DNA of 64,000 nt from an uncultured Acidimicrobiaceae bacterium. GTDB lineage: Bacteria > Actinomycetota > Acidimicrobiia > Spongiisociales > UBA5794. Location of the stretch: NCBI GenBank assembly GCA_947259365.1, contig CAMYMC010000021.1, positions 59,034 through 123,033 of the forward strand, in the 5' to 3' direction. This document shows positions 8,662-17,743 of the stretch, piece after piece (the stretch's first letter is position 1; each line of letters begins with the position of its first letter). The notes beneath the pieces were generated by a model, which worked only from the letters and a program-made list of their open reading frames with translations, ran no database searches and was not told where the DNA came from. The translations under genes were made by a program, and so were the position numbers.

Positions 8662-10572
8662 GTGAGGCGCCGCCGCGAGGCGGTAGCCTCACCCGCTGGG
8701 AGGTCGCAGCTGAGCCTGCCAGACGACGTCGTCTACTTGTTCCGCCAGGGGACGCTCTACCGCGCCTACGACCACCTCGGGGCTCACCTCGAAGATGGGG
8801 GCTGTCGCTTCGCGGTGTGGGCGCCACACGCCTCGCACGTCGCGGTGACCGGCGATTTCAACCACTGGGACCCGGGGGCGGCGCCGATGCGTCGCGGTGA
8901 GGGGGGGCTGTGGACGACACGGGTCACGGACGTGGTCGCCGGCCAGACGTACAAGTTCGCGATCTGGACGGAAGAGGGGGACTTCGTCGAGAAGGCGGAC
9001 CCGTTCGCGGTCGCCACGGAGGTGCCGCCGAAGAGTGCATCGGTGGTGTGGCCGCTCGACTACGACTGGGGGGACGGGGAGTGGATGACGACACGGGGCG
9101 ACCGCCACCGCCTCGACGCCCCGATGTCCATCTACGAGGTGCATGCCGGCTCGTGGCGCAAGGTGGCGGTCGACGAGTCCCTCTCGTACCGCGACCTCGC
9201 CGACCCGCTCGTGGCGTATGTCACCGACATGGGCTTCACCCACGTCGAATTCCTCCCCCTGACCGAGCACCCGTACTACCCGTCGTGGGGGTACCAGGCG
9301 ACGTCGTACTTCGCCCCCACCGCCCGCTACGGCACTCCTCAGGACCTCATGTACCTCGTCGACCGTCTCCACGACGCAGGCGTCGGCGTCATCCTCGACT
9401 GGGTCCCGTCGCACTTCGCCACCGACGGCCACGGGCTCGCCTGGTTCGACGGCGCTCCCTTGTACGAGCACCCCGACTGGAGGCGCGGCTGGCATCCGGA
9501 CTGGAACAGCGCCGTCTTCGACTACGGGCGTCCCGAAGTACGCAGCTTCCTCATTTCGAGTGCCGCGTTCTGGCTGGACCGCTACCACATCGACGGGATC
9601 CGGGTCGACGCGGTCGCCTCGATGCTGTACCTCGATTACTCCAGAGGGGAAGGCGAGTGGCTGCCCAACGAGTACGGCGGCAAAGAGCACCTCGAGGCGA
9701 TCGAGTTCCTCCGCGACCTCAACAGGGCCACCTACGGCACCCACCCGGGGACGTTCACCGTCGCAGAGGAGTCGACGGCGTGGCCCAACGTGTCCCACCC
9801 GACGGACGAGGGTGGGCTCGGCTTTGGACACAAGTGGGACATGGGGTGGATGCACGACACCCTCGACTATTTCACAAAGGACCCCGTCCACCGCCGGTAT
9901 CACCAGTCGCAGCTGACGTTTCGCGGGCTCTACGCCCTCAGTGAGCATTTCATCCTCCCGCTCTCCCACGACGAGGTCGTCCACGGCAAAGGGTCGCTCT
10001 TGGCCAAGATGTCGGGCGACCGGTGGCAGCAGTTCGCCAACCTCCGGGCCCTATTCGGCTACATGTACGCGACGACCGGCAACAAGCTGGTCTTCATGGG
10101 CTCCGAACTCGGACAGTGGCCGGAGTGGAGCGTCGACGGTGAGATCGATTGGGATTGCCTCGCCGACCCGCTGCACGAGGGGATGCAGCGGTGGATCCGC
10201 GACCTCAACCACGCGTACCGGTCCAACCCGGCGCTCCACGTCGCTGACTCGGACCCGCTCGGGTTCGCCTGGACCTCGATCGACGACGCCGCGGCGTCGG
10301 TGGTCGCGTTCGAGCGGTGGGATCCAGCCACCGGCGACGTGGTCGTCTGCGTTGCCCACTTCACCCCGGCCGTCCGCGATGGGTACCGGATCGGCGTCCC
10401 CCGTGGTGGAGCATGGCGGGTGCTCCTCGACTCCGACGACGAACGGTACGGCGGCTCGGGAAGATCGTCGCAGGCGGAGGTGACCGCCGATGCCGAGCAA
10501 GCCCACGGGCGGTCGCATTCGGTGTCCCTCGACCTCCCTCCGCTCGGCGTCCTCTATCTCGCGCCCGGGTAG
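8662..10572 (+). CDS. glgB: 1,4-alpha-glucan branching enzyme
   Basis: 636 aa with a CBM48 N-terminus (YRAYDHLGAHLEDGGCRFAVWAP) and GH13 catalytic motifs (GVILDWVPSHF, GIRVDAVASMLY, EESTAWP, FILPLSHDEVVHGK). GTG start is uncertain. Confidence 0.9.
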   Translation: MRRRREAVASPAGRSQLSLPDDVVYLFRQGTLYRAYDHLGAHLEDGGCRFAVWAPHASHVAVTGDFNHWDPGAAPMRRGEGGLWTTRVTDVVAGQTYKFAIWTEEGDFVEKADPFAVATEVPPKSASVVWPLDYDWGDGEWMTTRGDRHRLDAPMSIYEVHAGSWRKVAVDESLSYRDLADPLVAYVTDMGFTHVEFLPLTEHPYYPSWGYQATSYFAPTARYGTPQDLMYLVDRLHDAGVGVILDWVPSHFATDGHGLAWFDGAPLYEHPDWRRGWHPDWNSAVFDYGRPEVRSFLISSAAFWLDRYHIDGIRVDAVASMLYLDYSRGEGEWLPNEYGGKEHLEAIEFLRDLNRATYGTHPGTFTVAEESTAWPNVSHPTDEGGLGFGHKWDMGWMHDTLDYFTKDPVHRRYHQSQLTFRGLYALSEHFILPLSHDEVVHGKGSLLAKMSGDRWQQFANLRALFGYMYATTGNKLVFMGSELGQWPEWSVDGEIDWDCLADPLHEGMQRWIRDLNHAYRSNPALHVADSDPLGFAWTSIDDAAASVVAFERWDPATGDVVVCVAHFTPAVRDGYRIGVPRGGAWRVLLDSDDERYGGSGRSSQAEVTADAEQAHGRSHSVSLDLPPLGVLYLAPG

Positions 10573-10582
10573 GCATCGGTCA

Positions 10583-10612
10583 GACGCGGGGCCGTGCCGG
10601 CGGCGGCGCGTC
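10583..10612. terminator. GC-rich hairpin between convergent glgB and the acyltransferase gene
   Basis: GACGCG...CGCGTC stems flank a GC-rich loop in the 44-nt convergent gap. No clear U-tract. Confidence 0.3.
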
Positions 10613-10616
10613 GCGC

Positions 10617-11453
10617 TCAGCTGCGCGCCCGGTGCCGGGCAACCCGGGCGGCGAGGTGATCGAAGCCGGGGTCGATCTCGTAGTCGTAGCCGTCCCAGTA
10701 CCCGTCGCGGTCCGGCTCGAAGTGGCGCGCCGGGGCGTGGCCGTTGTCCAAGGCGCGCTCGCGCATGCGTCCGGCGGCGGCGGTGAGTTCGCCGGCGGCG
10801 ACGGGGGCGAGGACCTCGAGGTACACCGGCATCCGGTACCTCAGCATGGGGGAGAAGGGCCACTCCCACACGCGGTGCCCTCCGGCGAGGACGACCGGGA
10901 GGATCGGGACTCCGAGACGGCCGGCCAACCAGTCGACACCTTCCCGGAAGGCGGTCTCGATGCCGAGGATCGTGCCCTGGGGGAACATGACGATGCTCTC
11001 CCCCTCGTCGAGCGCGGTGCGAGCCCCGCGGAGGATGGCCCGCAGCGCCGCCCGGGGCCGCTCCGGGTCGACGGTGATCTGGCCGGTGTTGCGTAGGCAG
11101 GCACCGAGCAGCCGCCATTCGACGAGCTCGTCGCGGGCGACGAAGCGCAGGTCGAGGGGGAGGTGGAAGAGGGTGGGAACGTCGGCGAAGCTCTCGTGGA
11201 GCGGTGCGACGATGTACCCACGGGCCGGGTCGACGTGGGCGAGGCCCTCGATCCTGAGATCGATGCGGAGCCGCTCGACCACCCGCCGCGACCAGGCCCG
11301 TTCGAGGCGGTGGAGCTGCTCCCGATCGCTGCGGCGCCCCGCCGCCGACAGCCGGATGCCGGCGGCGCCGAGGAGCACGGCAGCGTCCCGGGCCGCTGCC
11401 GGCCATTCACCGGCGGACTCCACCGCGATCCGCCGCCCGAGCGGGTAGGGCAT
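10617..11453 (-). CDS. lysophospholipid/1-acyl-sn-glycerol-3-phosphate acyltransferase family protein
   Basis: HxxxxD acyltransferase motif (APLHESFADV) and a PlsC-like FPQGT motif. Confidence 0.8.
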   Translation of the reverse strand: MPYPLGRRIAVESAGEWPAAARDAAVLLGAAGIRLSAAGRRSDREQLHRLERAWSRRVVERLRIDLRIEGLAHVDPARGYIVAPLHESFADVPTLFHLPLDLRFVARDELVEWRLLGACLRNTGQITVDPERPRAALRAILRGARTALDEGESIVMFPQGTILGIETAFREGVDWLAGRLGVPILPVVLAGGHRVWEWPFSPMLRYRMPVYLEVLAPVAAGELTAAAGRMRERALDNGHAPARHFEPDRDGYWDGYDYEIDPGFDHLAARVARHRARS

Positions 11454-11591
11454 GGCTAGCGCCTCGTCTCTGGTCTGTGGCGACGGCCGGACGTGCCTGC
11501 GGTCACGGTCGCCGTCCCATTTCCATCTCGATCTCGCCCCACCGCCGTGCGGGCGACAGGGAGCGAGCAGTGTCGCCCGGGTGACGGACGG

Positions 11592-12386
11592 TCACGGGCG
11601 GCGGGCGACGATGAACAGGCGCGGGTACGCCAGCACCGTCGTCCCGTCGGGTCGCGGCGGGTAGGCCGCAGCGAGAGCGTCGCGGCACCGGGAGCTGAAC
11701 GCATCGAACTGCGTCGGGTCGAGCGCGGCGATGACGGGTCGTAGCGCCGCCCCCTTGATCCACTCGAACACGGGGTTGGGGCCGTCGAGAACCTGGTAGT
11801 AGCGAGTCGTCCAGACCTCGACGGCGGCGTCCTCGGCGCTGAGGAGGTCGTGGTACCACTCCGGCGCCCGAACCCACGGCCGTTCGAAGCGGGCGCGGAG
11901 TGACTCCGGGCCGAGCGGGCCGCCGCCGGGTCCGCCGGTCGCGAGCGCCAGCCGGATCGCGGCGAACGTCGGCTCGGTGGAGGTGAGCGGCATCTGGACG
12001 GCGAGGATTCCGCCGGGAGCGAGCGTGTGGTAGAGCCTGGGGAAGAGGTCTTCATGGTCGGCGAGCCAGTGGAGGACGGAGTTGGCGAGGATGAGATCGG
12101 GCGGCGGGTCCGGGTCCCAGTTGCGCACATCCAGCCGGACCCAGCGCACCCGGCTCGGTGTGGCTGCAGCCGCCTCGAGCATCTCGGATGAGGAATCCGA
12201 GCCGATCACGATTGCCTCAGGCCATCGCTCGGCCGCGATTCGAGCGAGGTCTCCGCGTCCGCAGCCGACATCGTGGACGACCGCCGGGTGCTCGAGGTCG
12301 ACCCGTGCGAGCAGGTCGAGGGCGGGGCGGAGCCGCTCGCCCTCGAAGCGGTGGTACTCGGCGGGATCCCAGATCGGGGCCGTCAC
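11592..12386 (-). CDS. tam: trans-aconitate 2-methyltransferase
   Basis: Class I SAM methyltransferase motif (VVHDVGCGRGDL) and Tam-like length (264 aa) and termini. Confidence 0.8.
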   Translation of the reverse strand: MTAPIWDPAEYHRFEGERLRPALDLLARVDLEHPAVVHDVGCGRGDLARIAAERWPEAIVIGSDSSSEMLEAAAATPSRVRWVRLDVRNWDPDPPPDLILANSVLHWLADHEDLFPRLYHTLAPGGILAVQMPLTSTEPTFAAIRLALATGGPGGGPLGPESLRARFERPWVRAPEWYHDLLSAEDAAVEVWTTRYYQVLDGPNPVFEWIKGAALRPVIAALDPTQFDAFSSRCRDALAAAYPPRPDGTTVLAYPRLFIVARRP

Positions 12387-12390
12387 GGGG

Positions 12391-13188
12391 TCAGTGGGGA
12401 TGGATGAGCTCGATGTCGTGGGATCCGCACGTCCGGCAGCGCAGCGACGCCGCCTCGGGCCGCGGCGCGGGCACGGGCTTGCCGGGTGGCGCCGGGCGTA
12501 TCGAGGTTCCCCGCGAGTCCAGTTTCGAGGGTGAGGGGATTCCGGGGCCGCCTTCAGGGGCGATCACGGAGAGCCGGGCGTGCAGATCCGCGCCGCACGA
12601 GGCGCAGAAGTTGGCGCGGGGATGATGGGTCGCGCCGCAGCGGGGGCAGTCCTTCCACTCGACCTGCTGCTGGCCCGGGTCCGACTCGGGGGGCGGCAAC
12701 TCGGGCGTTTCCGGCTGCGGGATGGGGTCCGCCGGCTTGGCAAACGCGGGCTCGAGCCGCTCGGGCGGTTCGAGCGCTCTGGCGTGGGTGTTGCGCGGCG
12801 CGACATCTCCGTTGGCCGTGAGGTCGAAGAGGGCGACGCCCTGGGTGTCGGCGAACACGAGCGCCCCCGTCGTGTAGCCCGTCGCCGAGAACAGGATGAG
12901 CCGCACCCGCGACGTGTCCTCGACGGCGCGGAGCAGCGCGAGCACGGCGCCCTGAGCCAGCGGCGCGGCGTCGATGCGGATGCGGGCGTGGAAGCCCTGT
13001 CCGATGAGCTCGACGACGCCATCGACCGGTTCCTCGATGGCGCGGGGCACTGCCCCGGCGTGGGTCAGCCAGCGGTTGGCGACGTGATACGCCTCGCTCA
13101 ATCCGAGGCGGGGCACGTTGGGCTGTTCGGGTACCACGGGCCGCCCCTTCCTGCCCGGCGGAGAAACAGGCCTGTAATCCTGCTCCAT
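12391..13188 (-). CDS. restriction-endonuclease-fold (Mrr_cat-like) protein with C-terminal double zinc ribbon
   Basis: VVELIGQGFHARIRID...RVRLILFSATGYTTGALVFADTQGVALFDL resembles an Mrr-type REase core. The C-terminus carries CPRCG...CASCG and CRTCG ribbons. Its stop lies 2 nt from the tam start. Start could be 13188 or 13251. Confidence 0.6.
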   Translation of the reverse strand: MEQDYRPVSPPGRKGRPVVPEQPNVPRLGLSEAYHVANRWLTHAGAVPRAIEEPVDGVVELIGQGFHARIRIDAAPLAQGAVLALLRAVEDTSRVRLILFSATGYTTGALVFADTQGVALFDLTANGDVAPRNTHARALEPPERLEPAFAKPADPIPQPETPELPPPESDPGQQQVEWKDCPRCGATHHPRANFCASCGADLHARLSVIAPEGGPGIPSPSKLDSRGTSIRPAPPGKPVPAPRPEAASLRCRTCGSHDIELIHPH

Positions 13189-13243
13189 GGTATATCGGAG
13201 CGGCCGGGGAATCCCCTGAGCGTCCGGCGCCGTTGCCCTGTCG

Positions 13244-13867
13244 ATGGGCACGCTGCTCGATCGGCTCCGGGTGACGCGTCGGGGGCGCGGGGAAGTGCTT
13301 GCTACGACCTCGTGGCCGGCAGCGGTGATGACCGTCGTCTTTGCGTACTTCGTCGCCGCAGCCTCCCGTTACTCGGTCTTCGCCGTCACCGACCCGCTCC
13401 TGTACCTCATGGTCATCGGAGTCCTGGGGTGGGGCTTCGTCACGGCGTCCATCCGCCTCACCTCGGGAGCCCGCGGCCGGGCCGTCGCCGGGTGGAGATC
13501 CAGCGCCCGCCTCGCCGCGCAGTCTCATCTTCAGCTGGGGACAGCTGCGGCGGCGGTCTGTGCTTCGCCCTCCGCGCGTTCACCGCTCGCTGCCGGAGCG
13601 CTCTGGTTCCCCGCCGCCGTCATCGGTGCGGCGGCGCACGCCTCCTCCACGACCTGGGTGCAAGCCGCCGTATCCGGCGTCGCCATCGCCACGCTGCAGG
13701 GGGCCACGACCGGGCTCGCCGTGGTGCGGCTCGTCGGGCACCTGATCGGAGCTACGAACTGGCGAGCTCGTCGGGGAGGGGGAACCAGCGGAGCGCTTCG
13801 AAGTCGGCGCTCACGTCCGGCTTTCCGAACGGCACCGGAGCCGGGCCGGCGGCGACGCCGCCGATGA
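13244..13867 (+). CDS. hypothetical integral membrane protein
   Basis: High-GC3 frame with several hydrophobic helices (VMTVVFAYFVAAAS, LLYLMVIGVLGWGFV, ALWFPAAVIGAAA). The 3' end overlaps the convergent aminotransferase gene, so the true stop or start is uncertain. Confidence 0.35.
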   Translation: MGTLLDRLRVTRRGRGEVLATTSWPAAVMTVVFAYFVAAASRYSVFAVTDPLLYLMVIGVLGWGFVTASIRLTSGARGRAVAGWRSSARLAAQSHLQLGTAAAAVCASPSARSPLAAGALWFPAAVIGAAAHASSTTWVQAAVSGVAIATLQGATTGLAVVRLVGHLIGATNWRARRGGGTSGALRSRRSRPAFRTAPEPGRRRRRR

Positions 13868-15449
13868 TCCTTCGTGCCTCGTCCAGGTAATCCCGCAACT
13901 TGGTGTCGCCGTCGCGGCGGCGGTCGGGTGTGTAGCGCATCTCCCCGGAGTCGTAGCTGACGTCGTGGAGGCTCATCGGCGGCCGCGCCGGGGGATCCCG
14001 GTGTCTCCACAGGCCGGTATCGGGCTCGAATCGGTAGTAGGGCATGAGGCGCCAACCCTCCTCGGCGACGAGGTGGACGGCCTCGAGTATGAACTCGAAC
14101 ACCTGCTCTGAGATGAAGTAGTTGAAGTTGACGCGAACCCAGCCGGGCTTGATGCCCTCGCAGCCTCCTGCGATCTCTCGCTCGAACTCGTGGGAGCGCT
14201 CGATGTCGATGCCGAGGAGACGATGACCGTAGGGTCCGGCGCACGAGCATCCGCCCCGGGACTGGATGCCGAAGAGGTCGTTGAGGAGGGCGACGACGTA
14301 GTTGTGGTGCAGGTAGCGGCCCTCATGGCGGACGACGAAGGACACGATGGAGAGCCGCTCCGCCCCGGCGTTGCCGAGGATCTCGATGTTCGGGTTCTCC
14401 GACCAGGACGCAATCGCCCGCCGGATGAACGACTCCTCCCTGTCGCGAATCGTATCGGTACCGACCGCCGCTTTGAGCTGGAACACGAGCCCGGTCCGGA
14501 TGGCGCCGATGATGGCCGGGGTCCCGCCCTCCTCGCGGTGCTCGACGTCCTCGAGGTAGCGGTGCTCGAGCGGGTTGACGTAGCTGACGGTGCCGCCCCC
14601 GGGCACGGCCGGCACCCGGTTGGTGAAGAGCTCCCTCCGGGCGACGAGGACGCCGGGCGTCCCGGGGCCCCCGATGAGTTTGTGCGGGGAGATGAAGATC
14701 GCATCCTTGTATGCGAGTTCGGCATCGGGTCCGTCGTCGGCGGGTGACATCGAGATGCCGACGTACGGAGCGGCCGCGGCAACGTCCCACAGCGAGAGTG
14801 CCCCATGCCGGTGGAGGAGCACCGAGAGGGCGCGTACGTCCGTGATGATCCCGGTGACGTTCGACGCCGCCGAGAACGACCCGATCTTGAGCGGCCGATC
14901 GGCGTGGCGCACGAGCTCGTCCTCGAGATGCCCGAGATCGACGCCGCCGTCGAGGTCTTCGTGGATCGTGACCACATCGGCGATCGACTCCCGCCACGGC
15001 AGCTCGTTCGAGTGGTGCTCGTACGGCCCGATGAACACCACCGGGCGCTCCGAGGCCGGAATGTGATCCGTGAGCCGGTAGCGGTCCTCGAGCACGCTGG
15101 GGACGCGCAGCCCGAGCACACGGATGAGACGGTCGATGGCACCGGTGGAGCCGGAGCCACAGAACAGCACGACGTGCTGGTCGCCGGCACCGACGCACCG
15201 CTTGACGATGGTGCGAGCTTCCTCGCGGAAGCGTGTCGTCTGCAGTCCCGTCCCGGAGGACTCGGTGTGTGTGTTCGCATAGAGGGGGAGCACCGTCTCC
15301 CGGATGTAGTCCTCGATGAACGAGAGGGCTCGCCCGGACGCGGTGTAGTCGGCGTACGTGACCCGGCGGGGACCGAAAGGCCCGTCGACGACCTCGTCCT
15401 CACCGATGACCGAAGTGCGGATGTGCTCGATGAGCGCGTTGTCCTCCAT
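13752..15449 (-). CDS. aminotransferase class V-fold PLP-dependent enzyme (cysteine desulfurase-like, long form)
   Basis: 565 aa with the PLP-lysine region (ISPHKLIGGPGTPGV) and a class-V fold signature. The C-terminal extension is typical of long cysteine-desulfurase-related proteins. Confidence 0.85.
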   Translation of the reverse strand: MEDNALIEHIRTSVIGEDEVVDGPFGPRRVTYADYTASGRALSFIEDYIRETVLPLYANTHTESSGTGLQTTRFREEARTIVKRCVGAGDQHVVLFCGSGSTGAIDRLIRVLGLRVPSVLEDRYRLTDHIPASERPVVFIGPYEHHSNELPWRESIADVVTIHEDLDGGVDLGHLEDELVRHADRPLKIGSFSAASNVTGIITDVRALSVLLHRHGALSLWDVAAAAPYVGISMSPADDGPDAELAYKDAIFISPHKLIGGPGTPGVLVARRELFTNRVPAVPGGGTVSYVNPLEHRYLEDVEHREEGGTPAIIGAIRTGLVFQLKAAVGTDTIRDREESFIRRAIASWSENPNIEILGNAGAERLSIVSFVVRHEGRYLHHNYVVALLNDLFGIQSRGGCSCAGPYGHRLLGIDIERSHEFEREIAGGCEGIKPGWVRVNFNYFISEQVFEFILEAVHLVAEEGWRLMPYYRFEPDTGLWRHRDPPARPPMSLHDVSYDSGEMRYTPDRRRDGDTKLRDYLDEARRIIGGVAAGPAPVPFGKPDVSADFEALRWFPLPDELASS

Positions 15450-15488
15450 GAGCAGGATGCTAGGTCGGGGCTCGCGTGCTCCGCCCGG

Positions 15489-16001
15489 TCAGTTGCGGGC
15501 CCGGGCCACGGCGCTCTCGAGTGATGAGAGGAAACCGTCGTAGCTGCCGTCCCGCACGCTGCTCCGTGGCAGGATGTACGCCAGGTCCCGCGCAACGAAG
15601 ATGAACGCGCGGTCGTCGCGCTGCACGATCGTGCGGATCGCGCCGAGCGCCGTGCTCGCCTCTCCTGTGACCGAGCGATCGACGAGGGCGTGATCGGTCA
15701 GCTCCAGTTCCCGGTCGCCGAGCATGCCCGACGGAGCCGCCCGGAGGCGCCGCCCGACCATCCCGGCGACGACGCCACGCAGGAGGCGGGGCGCGATCGC
15801 CGCGTACGCGACGCCTCCGGCGAGCGCGGTCGCGAGCCCGGCGAGGGTGTTGCCGGTCCCGGCCGACACGATCCAGTACAGGGTGGCGGCCACGGCGGTG
15901 GCCACGACGGCCAGGAGGGGGCGAAGGCGGATGCCGGTCTCGGTGACGTGAACATGAAGGGCGACGACGTCGGACTCGTCGAGGTGGTAGGCGATCTTCA
16001 T
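15489..16001 (-). CDS. hypothetical membrane protein (two TM helices, YcxB-like)
   Basis: ATG at 16001 (MKIAYHLDESDVV...). Hydrophobic segment LLAVVATAVAATLYWIVSAG. The upstream 150 aa of the track ORF are Arg/Pro-rich junk. Confidence 0.55.
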   Translation of the reverse strand: MKIAYHLDESDVVALHVHVTETGIRLRPLLAVVATAVAATLYWIVSAGTGNTLAGLATALAGGVAYAAIAPRLLRGVVAGMVGRRLRAAPSGMLGDRELELTDHALVDRSVTGEASTALGAIRTIVQRDDRAFIFVARDLAYILPRSSVRDGSYDGFLSSLESAVARARN

Positions 16002-16069
16002 CGGCTGCGAAACTACCACTGGGGGTCGTCGCGGCCACCACCCGGAGTCGCTGTCCGACCGATCCCGGG

Positions 16070-16855
16070 TCAGGCTGCAGCCACCGGCCGGCAGGTCTTG
16101 CAGGACCGGTACCCGGCAGCGGCCGCCGCCGGTGCGGAGCGGAACTCGACGCGGTGTGCCGCCGTGATCCGCCTGGCATGGCGGCAGGTCGGGTGGCAGT
16201 AGACGAGCGTCGTGTCGCTTCCGATGAAACGGATCCCCCGCCTCGCCAGCTCGTCGACGGTGTCGGGGTCGGTGCCCTCGGCGCGCAACAGATCGCGTTT
16301 CATGTGCCGACCGAAGGCGTAGTCCCCGACGGATCCGTCGCTGCGACCGACGCGATGGCAGGGGAGGACGACGGGCACCGGGTTGCGGTTGAGGGCGGAT
16401 CCGACGGCTCTCACCGCACCCGCATTCCCGATCTCCCGGGCGACCCATGCGTAGGGACGAAGCTCCCCTGGCGGGATCTCGGCGGTCTTGGCGAGCACCG
16501 CCCGCTGGAACCCGGTCAGACCGCGCAGGTCGATGCGGAGCGACCCCGGCCGTCCCGTTGCAAGCACCCGCCGTAGCGCGGTCGCCTGACGCGCAGCCAG
16601 TTCCTGCTCCACTCCGAGCCGCCTCCCGGTGCGTGAGGCGTGGACGTCGGCGAACTCGCCCAGGGACCCCACCGGGGCGACGCAGCTCACCCCCTCCGGG
16701 TTGTGGGCGATGAACAGGTCGCCGCCCGGGCCTCGCACGGTGGTCCAGGCGTCGACCAGACCGGTCTCCGTGAGCACACGACCGGCCAGCGACGGTGGAG
16801 CCTCGGTGCGAAGCCCGCGAAGCGCCCCCTCGGTCGTTTCCAGGTCCTGGCTCAT
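16070..16855 (-). CDS. ogt: methylated-DNA--protein-cysteine methyltransferase (Ogt) fused to a C-terminal Ada-type zinc-binding (methylphosphotriester) domain
   Basis: PCHRV active-site motif (VVLPCHRVGRSDGSVGDYAFG) and an MGMT DNA-binding domain. The C-terminal 60 aa (TTLVYCHPTCRHAR...AGYRSCKTCRP) match the Ada N-terminal Cys4 zinc domain. Its start overlaps the sigma factor stop by 4 nt. Confidence 0.85.
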   Translation of the reverse strand: MSQDLETTEGALRGLRTEAPPSLAGRVLTETGLVDAWTTVRGPGGDLFIAHNPEGVSCVAPVGSLGEFADVHASRTGRRLGVEQELAARQATALRRVLATGRPGSLRIDLRGLTGFQRAVLAKTAEIPPGELRPYAWVAREIGNAGAVRAVGSALNRNPVPVVLPCHRVGRSDGSVGDYAFGRHMKRDLLRAEGTDPDTVDELARRGIRFIGSDTTLVYCHPTCRHARRITAAHRVEFRSAPAAAAAGYRSCKTCRPVAAA

Positions 16856-17421
16856 CGAGTCTCCTCTCCCAAGATGGTGCGCAGCCTCGCCAGGCTGCGG
16901 TGGACGTGAGATTTCACGGTGCCGAGGGGGATCCCGAGTGTGTCGGACACCTCGTCGAGGGGGAGGTCGGCGACATAGCGGAGGACGAGGACCTCGCGTT
17001 CGACGGGGCGGAGAGCGCCGAGCGCGTTGGTCACCGCGACGACGGCGACGGCATCCCCGGCCGGATCGGCACCCGCCGCCGGCTCAACGCCGCCGAGGGC
17101 GGTGTCGTGGGGTCGGCGAGATCGGGTACGGGCTCGGTTGCGGACGAGGTTCACGAGGATCGTCCACAGCCACGCCCGGAGCTGCAGGCTGCGGATCCGG
17201 TCGGGGGCGTAGCCTCCCAGCGCCCGGTAGGCGCGGACGAGTGCCTCCTGGGTGACGTCCTCTGCATCGGACGGCGCCCGGGTGAGGCGAAGGGCGGTGG
17301 CGTACATGCGGTCCTGGTAGGTCGTGACGAGCTCGGGGAATGCCGCGTCGAGGTCGCGGGCCAGTGCCCCGGCGAGCCCGGCGGCGTCGGTCACGATGGT
17401 GCTGCTCCTTGGTCCCGGCAC
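16852..17421 (-). CDS. ECF (sigma-70 family) RNA polymerase sigma factor
   Basis: Region 2 (DAEDVTQEALVRAYRALGGY) and region 4 HTH (LPLDEVSDTLGIPLGTVKSHVHRSLARLR). 189 aa. Confidence 0.85.
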   Translation of the reverse strand: MPGPRSSTIVTDAAGLAGALARDLDAAFPELVTTYQDRMYATALRLTRAPSDAEDVTQEALVRAYRALGGYAPDRIRSLQLRAWLWTILVNLVRNRARTRSRRPHDTALGGVEPAAGADPAGDAVAVVAVTNALGALRPVEREVLVLRYVADLPLDEVSDTLGIPLGTVKSHVHRSLARLRTILGEETR

Positions 17422-17743
17422 GATATCTCACCCTTCAGAACACCACCGAGTCTCGGGAGGTTGCATGGCGCCGACCGTGCCGGGCGACGTGGAATCGACG
17501 AAACGCGACTTCCGTGGCGTCGCCGGGTCCGACTGCAAGGCCCCTCCAGTCGGGGAGGCTTCAGGCCTGTCGCGACTTCACCGTCGTCGCCGCCAGGCTT
17601 TCCGCCACGGGGCTCGGCGTGGGATGGCTCGGCGCCGCGAGCATGCTGCTCATCGCAGCGGGTTGGAGCATCATCGCAGGGACGCGGCCACAGCGCCGCG
17701 ACGACCACACCCTCGAGGCCCGCTGAGCGCCGCCGCCCGTTCC

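Noticed and set aside
8661-8696. Hairpin (GGTGAGGCGCCGCC...GGCGGTAGCCTCACC) overlapping the annotated glgB GTG start
   Set aside because: It probably only indicates that the true glgB start lies downstream or that the leader is structured. It is not a terminator (no upstream co-directional gene) and is not reported as a feature.
8689-9984. 431-aa minus-strand ORF inside glgB
   Set aside because: It is antisense to a textbook glgB and has Arg/Val/Gly-rich junk composition.
17340-17726. Plus-strand frame encoding a TM-like tail (GWLGAASMLLIAAGWSIIAG) upstream of the sigma factor
   Set aside because: No plausible start codon outside the sigma-factor antisense region. The only in-frame GTG gives a 35-aa peptide. 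Possibly a small membrane peptide, but unsupported.
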